32,000 nucleotides of DNA, taken from contig NC_003902.1 in the NCBI RefSeq assembly GCF_000007145.1, positions 4,496,497 to 4,528,496 on the forward strand. Reading direction: 5' to 3'. Under the pieces are notes generated by a model that made no database searches, had not been told where the DNA came from, and worked only from the letters and a program-made list of their open reading frames with translations. Origin of the DNA: Xanthomonas campestris pv. campestris str. ATCC 33913 (lineage in GTDB: Bacteria; Pseudomonadota; Gammaproteobacteria; Xanthomonadales; Xanthomonadaceae). This document shows, piece after piece, positions 18,897 through 26,607 of this stretch (within the stretch, counting starts at the first letter, position 1; each line of letters begins with the position of its first letter). A program made the position numbers and the translations under genes.

Positions 18897-19463
18897 TCAG
18901 CGCAGGTCGTACACGCCGTAGTAGTGCACTTCACGGCAGCCGCTGAGATCGCAGGACCCGATGTAACCCGGGCCGACATACCGCTGGCGCGCATCGCGGT
19001 TGTGCGGGCTGCTGTACGGGTCCGGGCCGTACAGCCCGTTGCCGTAGTACATCTGCCCGTAGGGGCGGTTGCGGCTGGCACCGAGCCGGATCGCGCCGTA
19101 GCCGTAGCCATCGCCGTAGCCGCCACGTGTCCAGGTGCTCGCGCCGTCATCGCCAGCAGCGTGGCGCGCACCTGACAGTGGCTGTAAACGCGCCACGCTG
19201 TCGCCTTGCGCGTCCACATAGCCGTTTTCAGGATCGAACCGCACCTTGCGCACATACACCAGTTCGCCATCGATGCGGCGCGTCTGCAGCTGCACAAAGG
19301 TGCCGCCATCGTCGTAGTAAGGCTGGCCTTGCCGGAACACCACCTCACTGGGGTTGACGCGCTCTTCCTCGAGCTCCGCTGCCAGCAACGGCGAGGAACA
19401 GCACAGCACCGCCAACACCAAGGCACGCGCAGTGGACGCTTGCAGCAACCAAAACACCTTCAT
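18897..19463 (-). CDS. Secreted hypothetical protein with Gly/Tyr-rich C-terminal region (188 aa)
   Basis: Within ORF 18897..19676. The ATG at 19463 is preceded by GAGGAGG (complement of 19472-19478). Signal peptide MKVFWLLQASTARALVLAVLCCSSPLLAA. The C-terminus contains GGYGDGYGYG and YGQMYYGNGLYGPDPY plus a CDLSGC pair. Confidence 0.6.
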   Translation of the reverse strand: MKVFWLLQASTARALVLAVLCCSSPLLAAELEEERVNPSEVVFRQGQPYYDDGGTFVQLQTRRIDGELVYVRKVRFDPENGYVDAQGDSVARLQPLSGARHAAGDDGASTWTRGGYGDGYGYGAIRLGASRNRPYGQMYYGNGLYGPDPYSSPHNRDARQRYVGPGYIGSCDLSGCREVHYYGVYDLR

Positions 19464-19572
19464 CAGATTCCCTCCTCGCTCGGTGGCGCGCCGCGCCGCT
19501 CCAAAAAACGTCCTGTCCACTGCAGTGCGGTGGAACGCGCCGTGCCGTCCTACCCGGCAGTGCAGGCTCAGC

Positions 19573-20325
19573 TTACTGCTGGCGCCCCGCCTGCGCATCC
19601 AGCGCGCGCACGGCGGCCGGCCAACCGGATGGGTCCGGCACTTCGCGCAGGCGCGGCTCATCCGCTGCCACGCCATGGTCCTGCTCGTGTGCCCAGGTCA
19701 CCGCATACGGTGTGTAGATGCCCCAGCCACCGATCGCCAGCACCGGCTCGACATCCGAACGCAGCGAATTGCCGATCATCACAAAGCGCTCCGCAGGCAG
19801 ATCGAATTCGCTAAGCACGCGCGCATAGGTCTGCGGATCCTTCTCGGACACCACCTCGATGCGCGGAAACAGATCGCTCAAGCCCGACTGTTCGATCTTC
19901 TGCTCCTGATGGAACAGGTCGCCCTTGGTGATCAACACCACCGCGTAGTCGGCGGCGATTGCAGCCACCGCCTCGCGCACGCCGGCAATGACCTCCACCG
20001 GGTGTTGCAGCGTGGCGCGGCCAATCTCGACGATGCGCTGGATGTCGCGTGCCTCGATGCGCGCCTCGGTTAGCTCGATCGCGGTTTCGATCATCGACAA
20101 GGTCATGCCCTTGGCACCGTAGCCGAAGATCTTGAGATTGCGCCGCTCTACTGCCAGCAGATGCTGCTGCATGCGGCTGTCGCCCAGGTCCAGATAGCCG
20201 GACAGGATGGCCTCGAAGTCCGCTTCGGCCGTGCGGTAGTAATCCTCGCTCTTCCAGAGGGTGTCGTCGCCGTCGAAGCCGACCAGTTGGATCGCCTGGC
20301 CGTCGCGCTGTGCAATGGGAGTCAT
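19573..20325 (-). CDS. HAD-superfamily hydrolase
   Basis: 250 aa. HAD motif I is FDGDDTLW. Later motifs are VLITKGD and MIGNSLRSD. Confidence 0.8.
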   Translation of the reverse strand: MTPIAQRDGQAIQLVGFDGDDTLWKSEDYYRTAEADFEAILSGYLDLGDSRMQQHLLAVERRNLKIFGYGAKGMTLSMIETAIELTEARIEARDIQRIVEIGRATLQHPVEVIAGVREAVAAIAADYAVVLITKGDLFHQEQKIEQSGLSDLFPRIEVVSEKDPQTYARVLSEFDLPAERFVMIGNSLRSDVEPVLAIGGWGIYTPYAVTWAHEQDHGVAADEPRLREVPDPSGWPAAVRALDAQAGRQQ

Positions 20326-20491
20326 CGGGCAAGTCTAGCAGCGCGCATTGCCGTGTTCAGCGTGGCTAGCGGCGTGTGGCGGGCCGTCGCCAACGCAGGC
20401 TGCATCAACCGTCGCGCGCGGTTGGAAGATGCTGATTGCTGGCCACGGCAGCGCGCCTGTTGGCGGCGGCACCGGCCTATCATCCGCGCCT

Positions 20492-20926
20492 TCAGTCCCC
20501 CGCCGCGTCGCCCGGCCCGGGTTGGTAACTGGCGAATTCGTCCCGCGACAGGCGGCCGTCGCCATTGCTGTCGAACCGGGCGAAATTCTCGCGCAGCACC
20601 GGGTCCGCGCCGGCTTCCGCAGCGGTCAGCGAGCCATCGGCATCGCTATCCAGGCTGCGGAAACTGCGCGGGCCCAGGGTCCCGGCCTGACTGGGCAGCG
20701 CCGCTTCTGCACCGCCTTTTGCACCGGATGTCGCCGCGGGCGCCTTGGGCAACAACGGCGTGCTGGCCGGTGCCGGCGGGTCAATCGGCAGCGGCGCCAT
20801 GGTCTGCGTGCTCGATCCAGGCGCGGCCGGGGCCGGCGCAGGCGTGACAGGCGGCAGTTCCGGTGGGGCGGCCCACACCATGCCCGTTGCCGACAAGCCG
20901 ATCAGTAGCGTGAGACGCACAGACAT
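20492..20926 (-). CDS. Secreted EF-hand calcium-binding protein with Pro/Ala-rich linker (144 aa)
   Basis: Signal peptide MSVRLTLLIGLSATGMVWA. Two canonical EF loops, DSDADGSLTAAE and DSNGDGRLSRDE. Confidence 0.8.
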   Translation of the reverse strand: MSVRLTLLIGLSATGMVWAAPPELPPVTPAPAPAAPGSSTQTMAPLPIDPPAPASTPLLPKAPAATSGAKGGAEAALPSQAGTLGPRSFRSLDSDADGSLTAAEAGADPVLRENFARFDSNGDGRLSRDEFASYQPGPGDAAGD

Positions 20927-20971
20927 AGATGACCGCCAAGCACAGGAAAGCAGTGCACGTTAACCCGGTAG

Positions 20972-21010
20972 ACGTAAACAGAACGGGAGCGACCCTGGCA
21001 GGCCGCTCCC
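20972..21010 (-). terminator. Candidate terminator for the upstream EF-hand gene
   Basis: 7-bp stem GGGAGCG (20985-20991) / CGCTCCC (21004-21010) with a 12-nt loop. On the minus strand it is followed by GTTCTGTTT. It lies about 157 nt after the stop at 21167, so the assignment is tentative. Confidence 0.35.
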
Positions 21011-21166
21011 GTGTGTTGATCCTAACAATGTTCTCAGCGCGCGCGGCGCTCATGCAGTGGTTGGCTGATTTCGCACCTCCATCGTCATGTCAGTGGGTAA
21101 ACATCGCGTTGAGTTCTACATGTTTCTGCCGGTTGGAAAGAACGCTACAGCTATGAGGGTTGCAGC

Positions 21167-21514
21167 TTACTGCCCCTGCGAACCGGTCGCGCCGCCGCTC
21201 TGCTTGGCGACGAAGGCCTTGTACTCATCCGGGGTCAGCTTGCCGTCGGTGTTGCCGTCCGCGCTATCGAAAATCTGCGCAAGACCCGCATTGACCTGCG
21301 CTTCCTGCTTGCTGATGGCGCCATCACTATCGGTGTCTACACTGGCCCAGGTCTGACCACCGCCAGACTGCGGCTGTGCGCTGGTGGCCGAGCTACCGGT
21401 CTGCGCCGGCTGCGCAGCATCCTGGGAGGCGCTCTGCGCCATGGCCGGCAGCGCCAGAGCGGCAGCAAGGGCGGCGGTGGCAGCGATCAGCGAGGTGCGG
21501 TTACGGGTCTTCAT
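21167..21514 (-). CDS. Secreted EF-hand calcium-binding protein (115 aa)
   Basis: Within ORF 21167..21694. The ATG at 21514 is preceded by AAGGAGA (complement of 21521-21527). Signal peptide MKTRNRTSLIAATAALAAALALPAMA. EF loops DTDSDGAISKQE and DGNTDGKLTPDE. Confidence 0.8.
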   Translation of the reverse strand: MKTRNRTSLIAATAALAAALALPAMAQSASQDAAQPAQTGSSATSAQPQSGGGQTWASVDTDSDGAISKQEAQVNAGLAQIFDSADGNTDGKLTPDEYKAFVAKQSGGATGSQGQ

Positions 21515-21737
21515 GGGTGGTCTCCTTGTCTTGGGAATGCACGGTGTCGCCGCACATGACACCACCCTACCTATCGCAAATGAACGTTCAACCCGCCCTG
21601 ATTTGCCGCAAAACGTCCTCTTAACCACCCAACAATTCTTTGCGTTTAGGCGGCTGTTAGGCATGCGTGAGCCAAACAGAAGCGCCCCATTCAATCACCG
21701 CGAATTTGAGACTTGAGGCTCGTTTTGATGGCCGCTT

Positions 21738-22115
21738 TTACGCAGCAGGCGCGTCATCGTCCCACGTCGCGGAACTGAACAATCGCCAACCCAGCACTAC
21801 ACCGGCGATCGCACCGGCTACTTCGAGCACCACGCGCGAGCCCAGTTCATTCGGGTCGTGGATCTTGGCCAATGCCACGCGCGCATACAGCGGTGATTCG
21901 AGCCGCACCACGCTGGTGTAAACCAGATGCCACATGTCGTAGCCGGCGCCGATGGCCACCGCCAACAGGCAGGCGATGCCCAGGGTGTGCCCATGGGTGA
22001 ACTGCAGACGCCGGCCCAGGTGCTCGACCCCGGCAAACAGCAATACCCCGATCACCAGGGCGATCAGGCCGGCTTCCAGCGATCCGAGCAGGCCAAAGTG
22101 CAGAGGCAAATTCAT
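21738..22115 (-). CDS. Small integral membrane protein, unknown function (125 aa)
   Basis: 3-4 hydrophobic segments (GLIALVIGVLLFAGV, LGIACLLAVAIGAGY, VVLEVAGAIAGVVLGW). I recognise no family. Confidence 0.55.
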   Translation of the reverse strand: MNLPLHFGLLGSLEAGLIALVIGVLLFAGVEHLGRRLQFTHGHTLGIACLLAVAIGAGYDMWHLVYTSVVRLESPLYARVALAKIHDPNELGSRVVLEVAGAIAGVVLGWRLFSSATWDDDAPAA

Positions 22116-22352
22116 TAAAAGGCGTTCCAGCGCGAGAGACGCCCCAGTCTAGCCGCAGTGCGCGGGGCAACCACGCGCGGCACTGTGGTTGGCGCGCCAC
22201 TGGATCGTGCAGCCAGCGGCCGCTGCCGCAGCACCGGTGCGGCAAGCGAAGCGAAGTGGGCTAACGCCTCATTCCACTCATTCGTTCGGCGGCGCAACAT
22301 CGTTACGCGGTGGACTGTTCGCTCGCCAGACCTGCGCAAAGCCGCCTAGCGC

Positions 22353-22550
22353 TCAGGCGTCGTCCTGCCCACGTGCGCTGACCTGCGCTTCGCCTTCCTC
22401 ATCCCACTGCACGCTCACCGAAATGGGCTTGCAACAGACCTGGCAGTCTTCGATGTAATGCTGGTCGCCGCCGGACAGATCCAGCACCAGGGTGATCCAT
22501 TCCCCGCAATACGGGCAGGCGATATCGACGAAGCGTTCCGGATCGGACAT
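22353..22550 (-). CDS. CPXCG-motif cysteine-rich (zinc-ribbon-like) small protein
   Basis: 65 aa: MSDPERFVDIACPYCGEWITLVLDLSGGDQHYIEDCQVCCKPI, with a CPYCG ... CQVCC pair. The start lies 10 nt after the dipeptidase stop, and a GAGGAA Shine-Dalgarno overlaps that stop, so the two are probably co-transcribed. Confidence 0.75.
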   Translation of the reverse strand: MSDPERFVDIACPYCGEWITLVLDLSGGDQHYIEDCQVCCKPISVSVQWDEEGEAQVSARGQDDA

Positions 22551-22560
22551 GGCAGGTTCC

Positions 22561-23265
22561 TCAGTTGACCGGCACGTCGTAGGCGGTGTCGGGCGTGGGT
22601 TCCGGACGAAAGGTGAAGTGCCACCATTCCATCGGGTAGTTGACGAAGCCCTGCGCCGCCATTGCGCGCAGCAGGCGCTGGCGGTGTGCGCGTTGGGTTG
22701 CGCTGATGTCCGGCGCGTCGGTATGTGCCCGGGCGTCGAAGAAATCGAACGGCGTGCCCATGTCCACCGGCGCGCAGGTTCCGCGCTTGCAGGTCAGTAA
22801 CCCCAGATCGAGCGTGGCCCCGCGGCTGTGCCCGGAGGTCTCGGCGATGTAATCGCCCAGCAACGCGCGCTTGTCCACGCGCGGGTAGTACTGCGCCTTG
22901 GTCGACTGCGCCTGCAGATCACGCGCCCATGCGACGAACGCCTGCACCGCACGCACCGGGCGATAGCAATCGAAGACCTGCAGGCGCTCGCCATCAGCCT
23001 CCACCGCCCGTGCCACCCTTGCCAACGCCTCGGCGGCCGGCCGCAGCAGGTAGCAGGTCGGTGCCGCATAGCCCGGCACCACGCGGCCAGTGAAGTTGTC
23101 GCGCCCGGCGTACCGCATGTCGACATCGATGTTGGGCGCAAGGGTGCGCACATCGATCAACCCCGCTTCTGCAGCCGTGGTGGCTGGCGAGATCGTGGGA
23201 GTGGCCGCTACATTGAATTCTGCGCATAGAACAGCTAGTGCGAGCGACCACCGCCAAACACGCAT
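22561..23265 (-). CDS. ddpX: Periplasmic D-alanyl-D-alanine dipeptidase (M15D, VanX/DdpX-like)
   Basis: Within ORF 22561..23337. The Met at 23265 gives the signal-like MRVWRWSLALAVLCAEFNVAA; the alternative start is 23337. Family motifs are D.RYAG.DNFTG, VFDCYRP, SGHSRGATLDL and EWWHF. Confidence 0.85.
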   Translation of the reverse strand: MRVWRWSLALAVLCAEFNVAATPTISPATTAAEAGLIDVRTLAPNIDVDMRYAGRDNFTGRVVPGYAAPTCYLLRPAAEALARVARAVEADGERLQVFDCYRPVRAVQAFVAWARDLQAQSTKAQYYPRVDKRALLGDYIAETSGHSRGATLDLGLLTCKRGTCAPVDMGTPFDFFDARAHTDAPDISATQRAHRQRLLRAMAAQGFVNYPMEWWHFTFRPEPTPDTAYDVPVN

Positions 23266-23580
23266 CGAGGTGCAGACGGTCTGCGAGGTGTTATCTGCGC
23301 TGAAGCATGGGTATGGCATGCGCCAAGCATAGGACATCGGCCCGTTGGGCGGGATACGCGGAGATGGTCAGAAAGACACGCTTGCCGGATCGCATGCTGC
23401 CATGCGGATCCGACCAAGTTGGATCAGTTGTTGCTGACTTTGGACTTACGAATCAGAAAACAGAGATCACGGAACGATACATATCCAAGCAACGCCGACA
23501 CTTGGGCAGCACCAGCCCGGTGGATCACCGGGTGGCGACTGCTGTCTCAACAGGTCACAACATCATCCGCATAAGCTTGC

Positions 23581-24942
23581 TCAGCGCGCCGGGCCCGTCT
23601 GTGTCTGCGCGGTCTGCGTGCGCTGCTGCGCGTCCTGACTTTGCCGCTGCGTCTCCGCTGTGAGCTGTTGCTGGCTCTGCTCCAGCGGCACCGCTGCGGC
23701 CTGTTGCTTGTCCACGTAGGCACGATTCACATCGAGCGAGTTATTGGGGTTTCGCTCCACTGCAATCAAGCCCTTGCCATTGGTACTCGGCACCAACTCA
23801 TCGATACGCGACATACCACTCACCTTGGCTTCAAATGCCACTTGGCCGGCGGCGCGTTGCATCTCATCGCGATTCTGGAAACCGCCGTTCGGCCCTTGTT
23901 TTTCCAGCTGCTTGACGGCCTGATCGAATAGCGGGTTATCGCGGCGCAGCTGCTCAACTCCCTCTTGCCGTTGCACATTCTTGTCGATAGATGCAAGTGT
24001 TTCCGGGCCAGCCTTGCCATCCACGCCTTTCAACCGATTTTCCTGCTGGAACTTCTCTACCGCAGCCTCGGTTTTGGGACCATATGTGCCGATGGCATCC
24101 TTCGCATCCAGATATCCCAGCTTGGAGAGCTTTTCCTGCAACTCCTTCACTGGAGCGCCCTGCTCATTGCGCTTCAGGACCCCATCGCCCTTATCTACAC
24201 TATGGGCGCCGTGCTTTTCCAGCTGAGAACGGTCATGTGCTGCAGGCTCTTGGCTCGCCTTGGCAACCGTCTTATCCGGGTCTGCCAGTTTGATCAGATC
24301 CGCTTTCTCGTTCTCAGCGCGATCCTTCAGGGAATCCAGCGTTTTTTGCTTCTCAACACGAGGAAAAAGCCCCTTGACGTGCTCGGCTTTGTAATCCTGC
24401 ACTGCACTAACGATGTCCTTGTCGGAAAGCTTGGAGAGCTCGTAATCTTTACCAAACTTCTCTTCCAGCCCCTTCAAAAAAACGCCAGATCCGCCGGGCT
24501 TTTTATCGCTTCCCGGACCGTACTGCACAGCAGTGCTCCACAGCGCATCCTGCACAGCCGGACCACGGTCGGACAGATCCACGCCTTTGTCGCTCAGTCG
24601 GTCCACCAGTTTGTCGTAATGCGTCCGCTTGATGTAGTCGTGCTGCTCCTGCGGAAAAGAAGCATCGGTCCTAGCCAACTCCTTCCACTTGGCACTGAAA
24701 TCGGCAGAGCCAGGCGTCAAACCCGCAAAATCGTCGGTGTATTTACTCTTCTTCACGAAGGCCGCAACGGTACCTCCAACGATGACATTGCCTTCCTTTG
24801 TCTTGACCTGGGACGTCATCTGATAAGAGCCGTAAGAAACACCGCCCGGATCATCGATACCGGACGACACTGTACTTGCGCCTCGCCCGCCGGTTTCGTA
24901 ATGCTTAGAGGTTTGACCCAACTCCCAGTCCTTGTTGCTCAT
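23581..24942 (-). CDS. Putative antibacterial T4SS effector (X-Tfe-like): lysozyme-like N-terminal domain + PG_binding_1 domain + C-terminal XVIPCD
   Basis: 453 aa, no signal peptide, RBS AAGGAGA. aa 1-215 carry HYETGGRG...DDPGGVSYGSYQ (muramidase-like signature). aa ~252-320 read VKELQEKLSKLGYLD...YGPKTEAAVEKFQ...GKAGPETL (peptidoglycan-binding domain 1). aa ~335-453 read NPLFDQAV..., GMSRIDELVPSTNGKGLIAV, RAYVDKQQAAAVPLEQSQQQL, then a Gln-rich tail. That matches my recollection of the Xanthomonas VirD4-interacting protein conserved domain. GC is clearly lower than the flanks. Confidence 0.8.
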   Translation of the reverse strand: MSNKDWELGQTSKHYETGGRGASTVSSGIDDPGGVSYGSYQMTSQVKTKEGNVIVGGTVAAFVKKSKYTDDFAGLTPGSADFSAKWKELARTDASFPQEQHDYIKRTHYDKLVDRLSDKGVDLSDRGPAVQDALWSTAVQYGPGSDKKPGGSGVFLKGLEEKFGKDYELSKLSDKDIVSAVQDYKAEHVKGLFPRVEKQKTLDSLKDRAENEKADLIKLADPDKTVAKASQEPAAHDRSQLEKHGAHSVDKGDGVLKRNEQGAPVKELQEKLSKLGYLDAKDAIGTYGPKTEAAVEKFQQENRLKGVDGKAGPETLASIDKNVQRQEGVEQLRRDNPLFDQAVKQLEKQGPNGGFQNRDEMQRAAGQVAFEAKVSGMSRIDELVPSTNGKGLIAVERNPNNSLDVNRAYVDKQQAAAVPLEQSQQQLTAETQRQSQDAQQRTQTAQTQTGPAR

Positions 24943-24996
24943 CGCACATCTCCTTATCTAAGAACCAAATTACAGTTGTCACGAGAAACGCGGAAT

Positions 24997-25548
24997 TCAA
25001 AGCGATTCAAGCTCGGCTGCTCGACTCGCCGTCATGTCGAGACGGCATTCGGCAGCATCTACGCGCCCCGCCTGCCCGCTATCGGGATCGTAGTAACACT
25101 TTTCATCGCGATCAGCGATCCATTGCCGCTGCTGATCGCGCAGCTTGCTCTGCTCTGTGCCATCCAGCTTCGCAATCAGCGCCTTGTAGACGTTATTCAG
25201 GCGGGAATCCTGGTACTCGTGCTCAGCAGAGATGCAATCCAGCATTGCCGGGGTTGCACCTGCGGCGTTAGTAATGCATTCGTCATAGGAAGGTCGCAGC
25301 AAGGGTGAATCTCCTTTTGGTTTTGATGACCCAGGCGCAGCCTGCGCCTGGGTAGCTTGCGGACTGGAAGGCTGTGCATCAGCGGCAAATGCCACATCGT
25401 CGGTAGGTGAGGCGGACGCTGGCGCACTGGATCCGTTCGGTGAAGCAGACGCGGTTGATTGAGCTGGCGTGGAAGATTCGCCACTACATGCAGCCAGCAC
25501 GCATAGCGCAAGCAGACATGAAAGACGAAGGACTTTGACGGTGACCAT
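24997..25548 (-). CDS. Lipoprotein with DUF1311 / LprI (lysozyme inhibitor) domain; putative cognate immunity protein (X-Tfi)
   Basis: 183 aa. Lipobox signal peptide MVTVKVLRLSCLLALCVLAAC, then a Ser/Ala/Pro-rich linker. The C-terminus is YDECI...MLDCISAEHEYQDSRLNNVYKALIAKL......LRDQQRQWIADRDEKC.........AECRLDMTASRAAEL, the DUF1311 Cys/helix pattern. It ends 54 nt upstream of the effector start on the same strand. Confidence 0.7.
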   Translation of the reverse strand: MVTVKVLRLSCLLALCVLAACSGESSTPAQSTASASPNGSSAPASASPTDDVAFAADAQPSSPQATQAQAAPGSSKPKGDSPLLRPSYDECITNAAGATPAMLDCISAEHEYQDSRLNNVYKALIAKLDGTEQSKLRDQQRQWIADRDEKCYYDPDSGQAGRVDAAECRLDMTASRAAELESL

Positions 25549-25618
25549 TGATGGAATTCATCCTTTTGGCTTGCACGGATCGGGGTGGGAGTTCTAGACG
25601 ATCAGTGAATCAGTGCCC

Positions 25619-25624
25619 ATTATA
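25619..25624 (-). promoter_or_regulatory. Perfect TATAAT -10-like hexamer upstream of the immunity-effector pair
   Basis: The complement of ATTATA at 25619-25624 is TATAAT. It lies about 70 nt upstream of the ATG at 25548, in an AT-rich 140-bp spacer. I found no convincing -35 at 17 bp. Confidence 0.25.
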
Positions 25625-25689
25625 TTTCCAGCTGCGGTGGTAGTCCTTCAAGGACACGTTCAATAAGAAGGAGACCTTAAACAACATTT

Positions 25690-26607
25690 TTAGCGATCCA
25701 GCAGCGGCGTATATGCCTGCTTCGCCGCGTCATAGGTGTAGGTGACCGCGTCATTTGCGCCGAGGGTGCGGATCTTGCCTGGGCCGGAAACGGTGGTGCC
25801 CTGCATGACCACCCGCAGCGACGGCATCCGGCCGGATTTGGCCGGCTCGAAGCTCAGCGTGCCGGTGCTGGTGACGCATTTCATCGTGCCTTCGTCGTCA
25901 CAGGCTGCGCTATTGTCGTCGCCGGTCACCACGGTGCCCAGATAGACCCAGCCCTTGTAATCGCCCAGGTCGTTTTTATTCGGGTCGAACGTAAAGATGG
26001 CAAAGCCTGAGAGGGTGACGCCGGTGGCGAACCGGGTGGTCGGCACTGCGAGCAGCAGATGGCCGTCCTTTGTCTGCGTGCTCTGGGGTTTGCGCTTCTC
26101 ATCGAGCGGGTCGGCTCTTTCGTTTGCGCCAAAATCGCCCGCCCATTGCTGCGCGTGGAAGAGCGTCCAGGTCGGCTTGCCGCCTGTCTCGTCCAGCACA
26201 TAAGTGGTCTGGCTGATACTCACCCCGACGTTGGGATCAGGGATGTCTTCCTCTTCGGATTTGCCGTATTTGCCCGGCCCTGCATTGGCAAACCCGGTGT
26301 AGTAGTGCTTGCCGCCGAGGTCGAAGCGGTAGCCGTACCAAAAGGTGGCGGTCGCGCCGTTATCGATGGTGTAGGACTCCGAGCCATCGCCCTTCATCCC
26401 GTAAACATCGTTCAGCACCTTGCCGGGCGTGGGCACCTCCACGGCAACGTGTTGCGGCTGCGCTGCGGGTGACATCGCCGGTGCGGCCTGCGCGGCGGTG
26501 GCTGTCGCTGCCGGCGTGCCCGCAGGCGCCGCGTCGCTGGCCTTCTCCGAGCAACCGCCCAGCATCAGCATGGCCGCCGCCCACAGCAGTGTCTTCCTGA
26601 GCCTCAT
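25690..26607 (-). CDS. Lipoprotein of unknown function (305 aa), possibly a second immunity-type protein
   Basis: Within ORF 25690..26649. The Met at 26607 gives MRLRKTLLWAAAMLMLGGC (lipobox), followed by an Ala/Pro linker and a beta-rich domain (FWYGYRFDLGGKHYYTGF..., GWVYLGTVVTGDDNSAACDDEG). I recognise no family. Confidence 0.6.
   Translation of the reverse strand: MRLRKTLLWAAAMLMLGGCSEKASDAAPAGTPAATATAAQAAPAMSPAAQPQHVAVEVPTPGKVLNDVYGMKGDGSESYTIDNGATATFWYGYRFDLGGKHYYTGFANAGPGKYGKSEEEDIPDPNVGVSISQTTYVLDETGGKPTWTLFHAQQWAGDFGANERADPLDEKRKPQSTQTKDGHLLLAVPTTRFATGVTLSGFAIFTFDPNKNDLGDYKGWVYLGTVVTGDDNSAACDDEGTMKCVTSTGTLSFEPAKSGRMPSLRVVMQGTTVSGPGKIRTLGANDAVTYTYDAAKQAYTPLLDR

Noticed and set aside
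23385-23532. Two hairpins downstream of the effector gene: CCGGATCGCATG-CTGC-CATGCGGATCCG (23385-23412) and CCCGGTG-GAT-CACCGGG (23516-23532)
   Set aside because: They may be transcription stops for the effector operon. Neither is followed by a U-tract on the minus strand, so I did not call them terminators.
23965-25308. 447-aa plus-strand ORF antisense to the effector N-terminus and the immunity gene C-terminus
   Set aside because: It is Leu/Ile/Arg-rich low-information sequence, as expected from the reverse complement of Lys/Glu/Asp/Gln-rich codons. It crosses the intergenic spacer and has no RBS or motifs, whereas the minus-strand genes have strong domain signatures. It is notable only because it is long for a lower-GC region.
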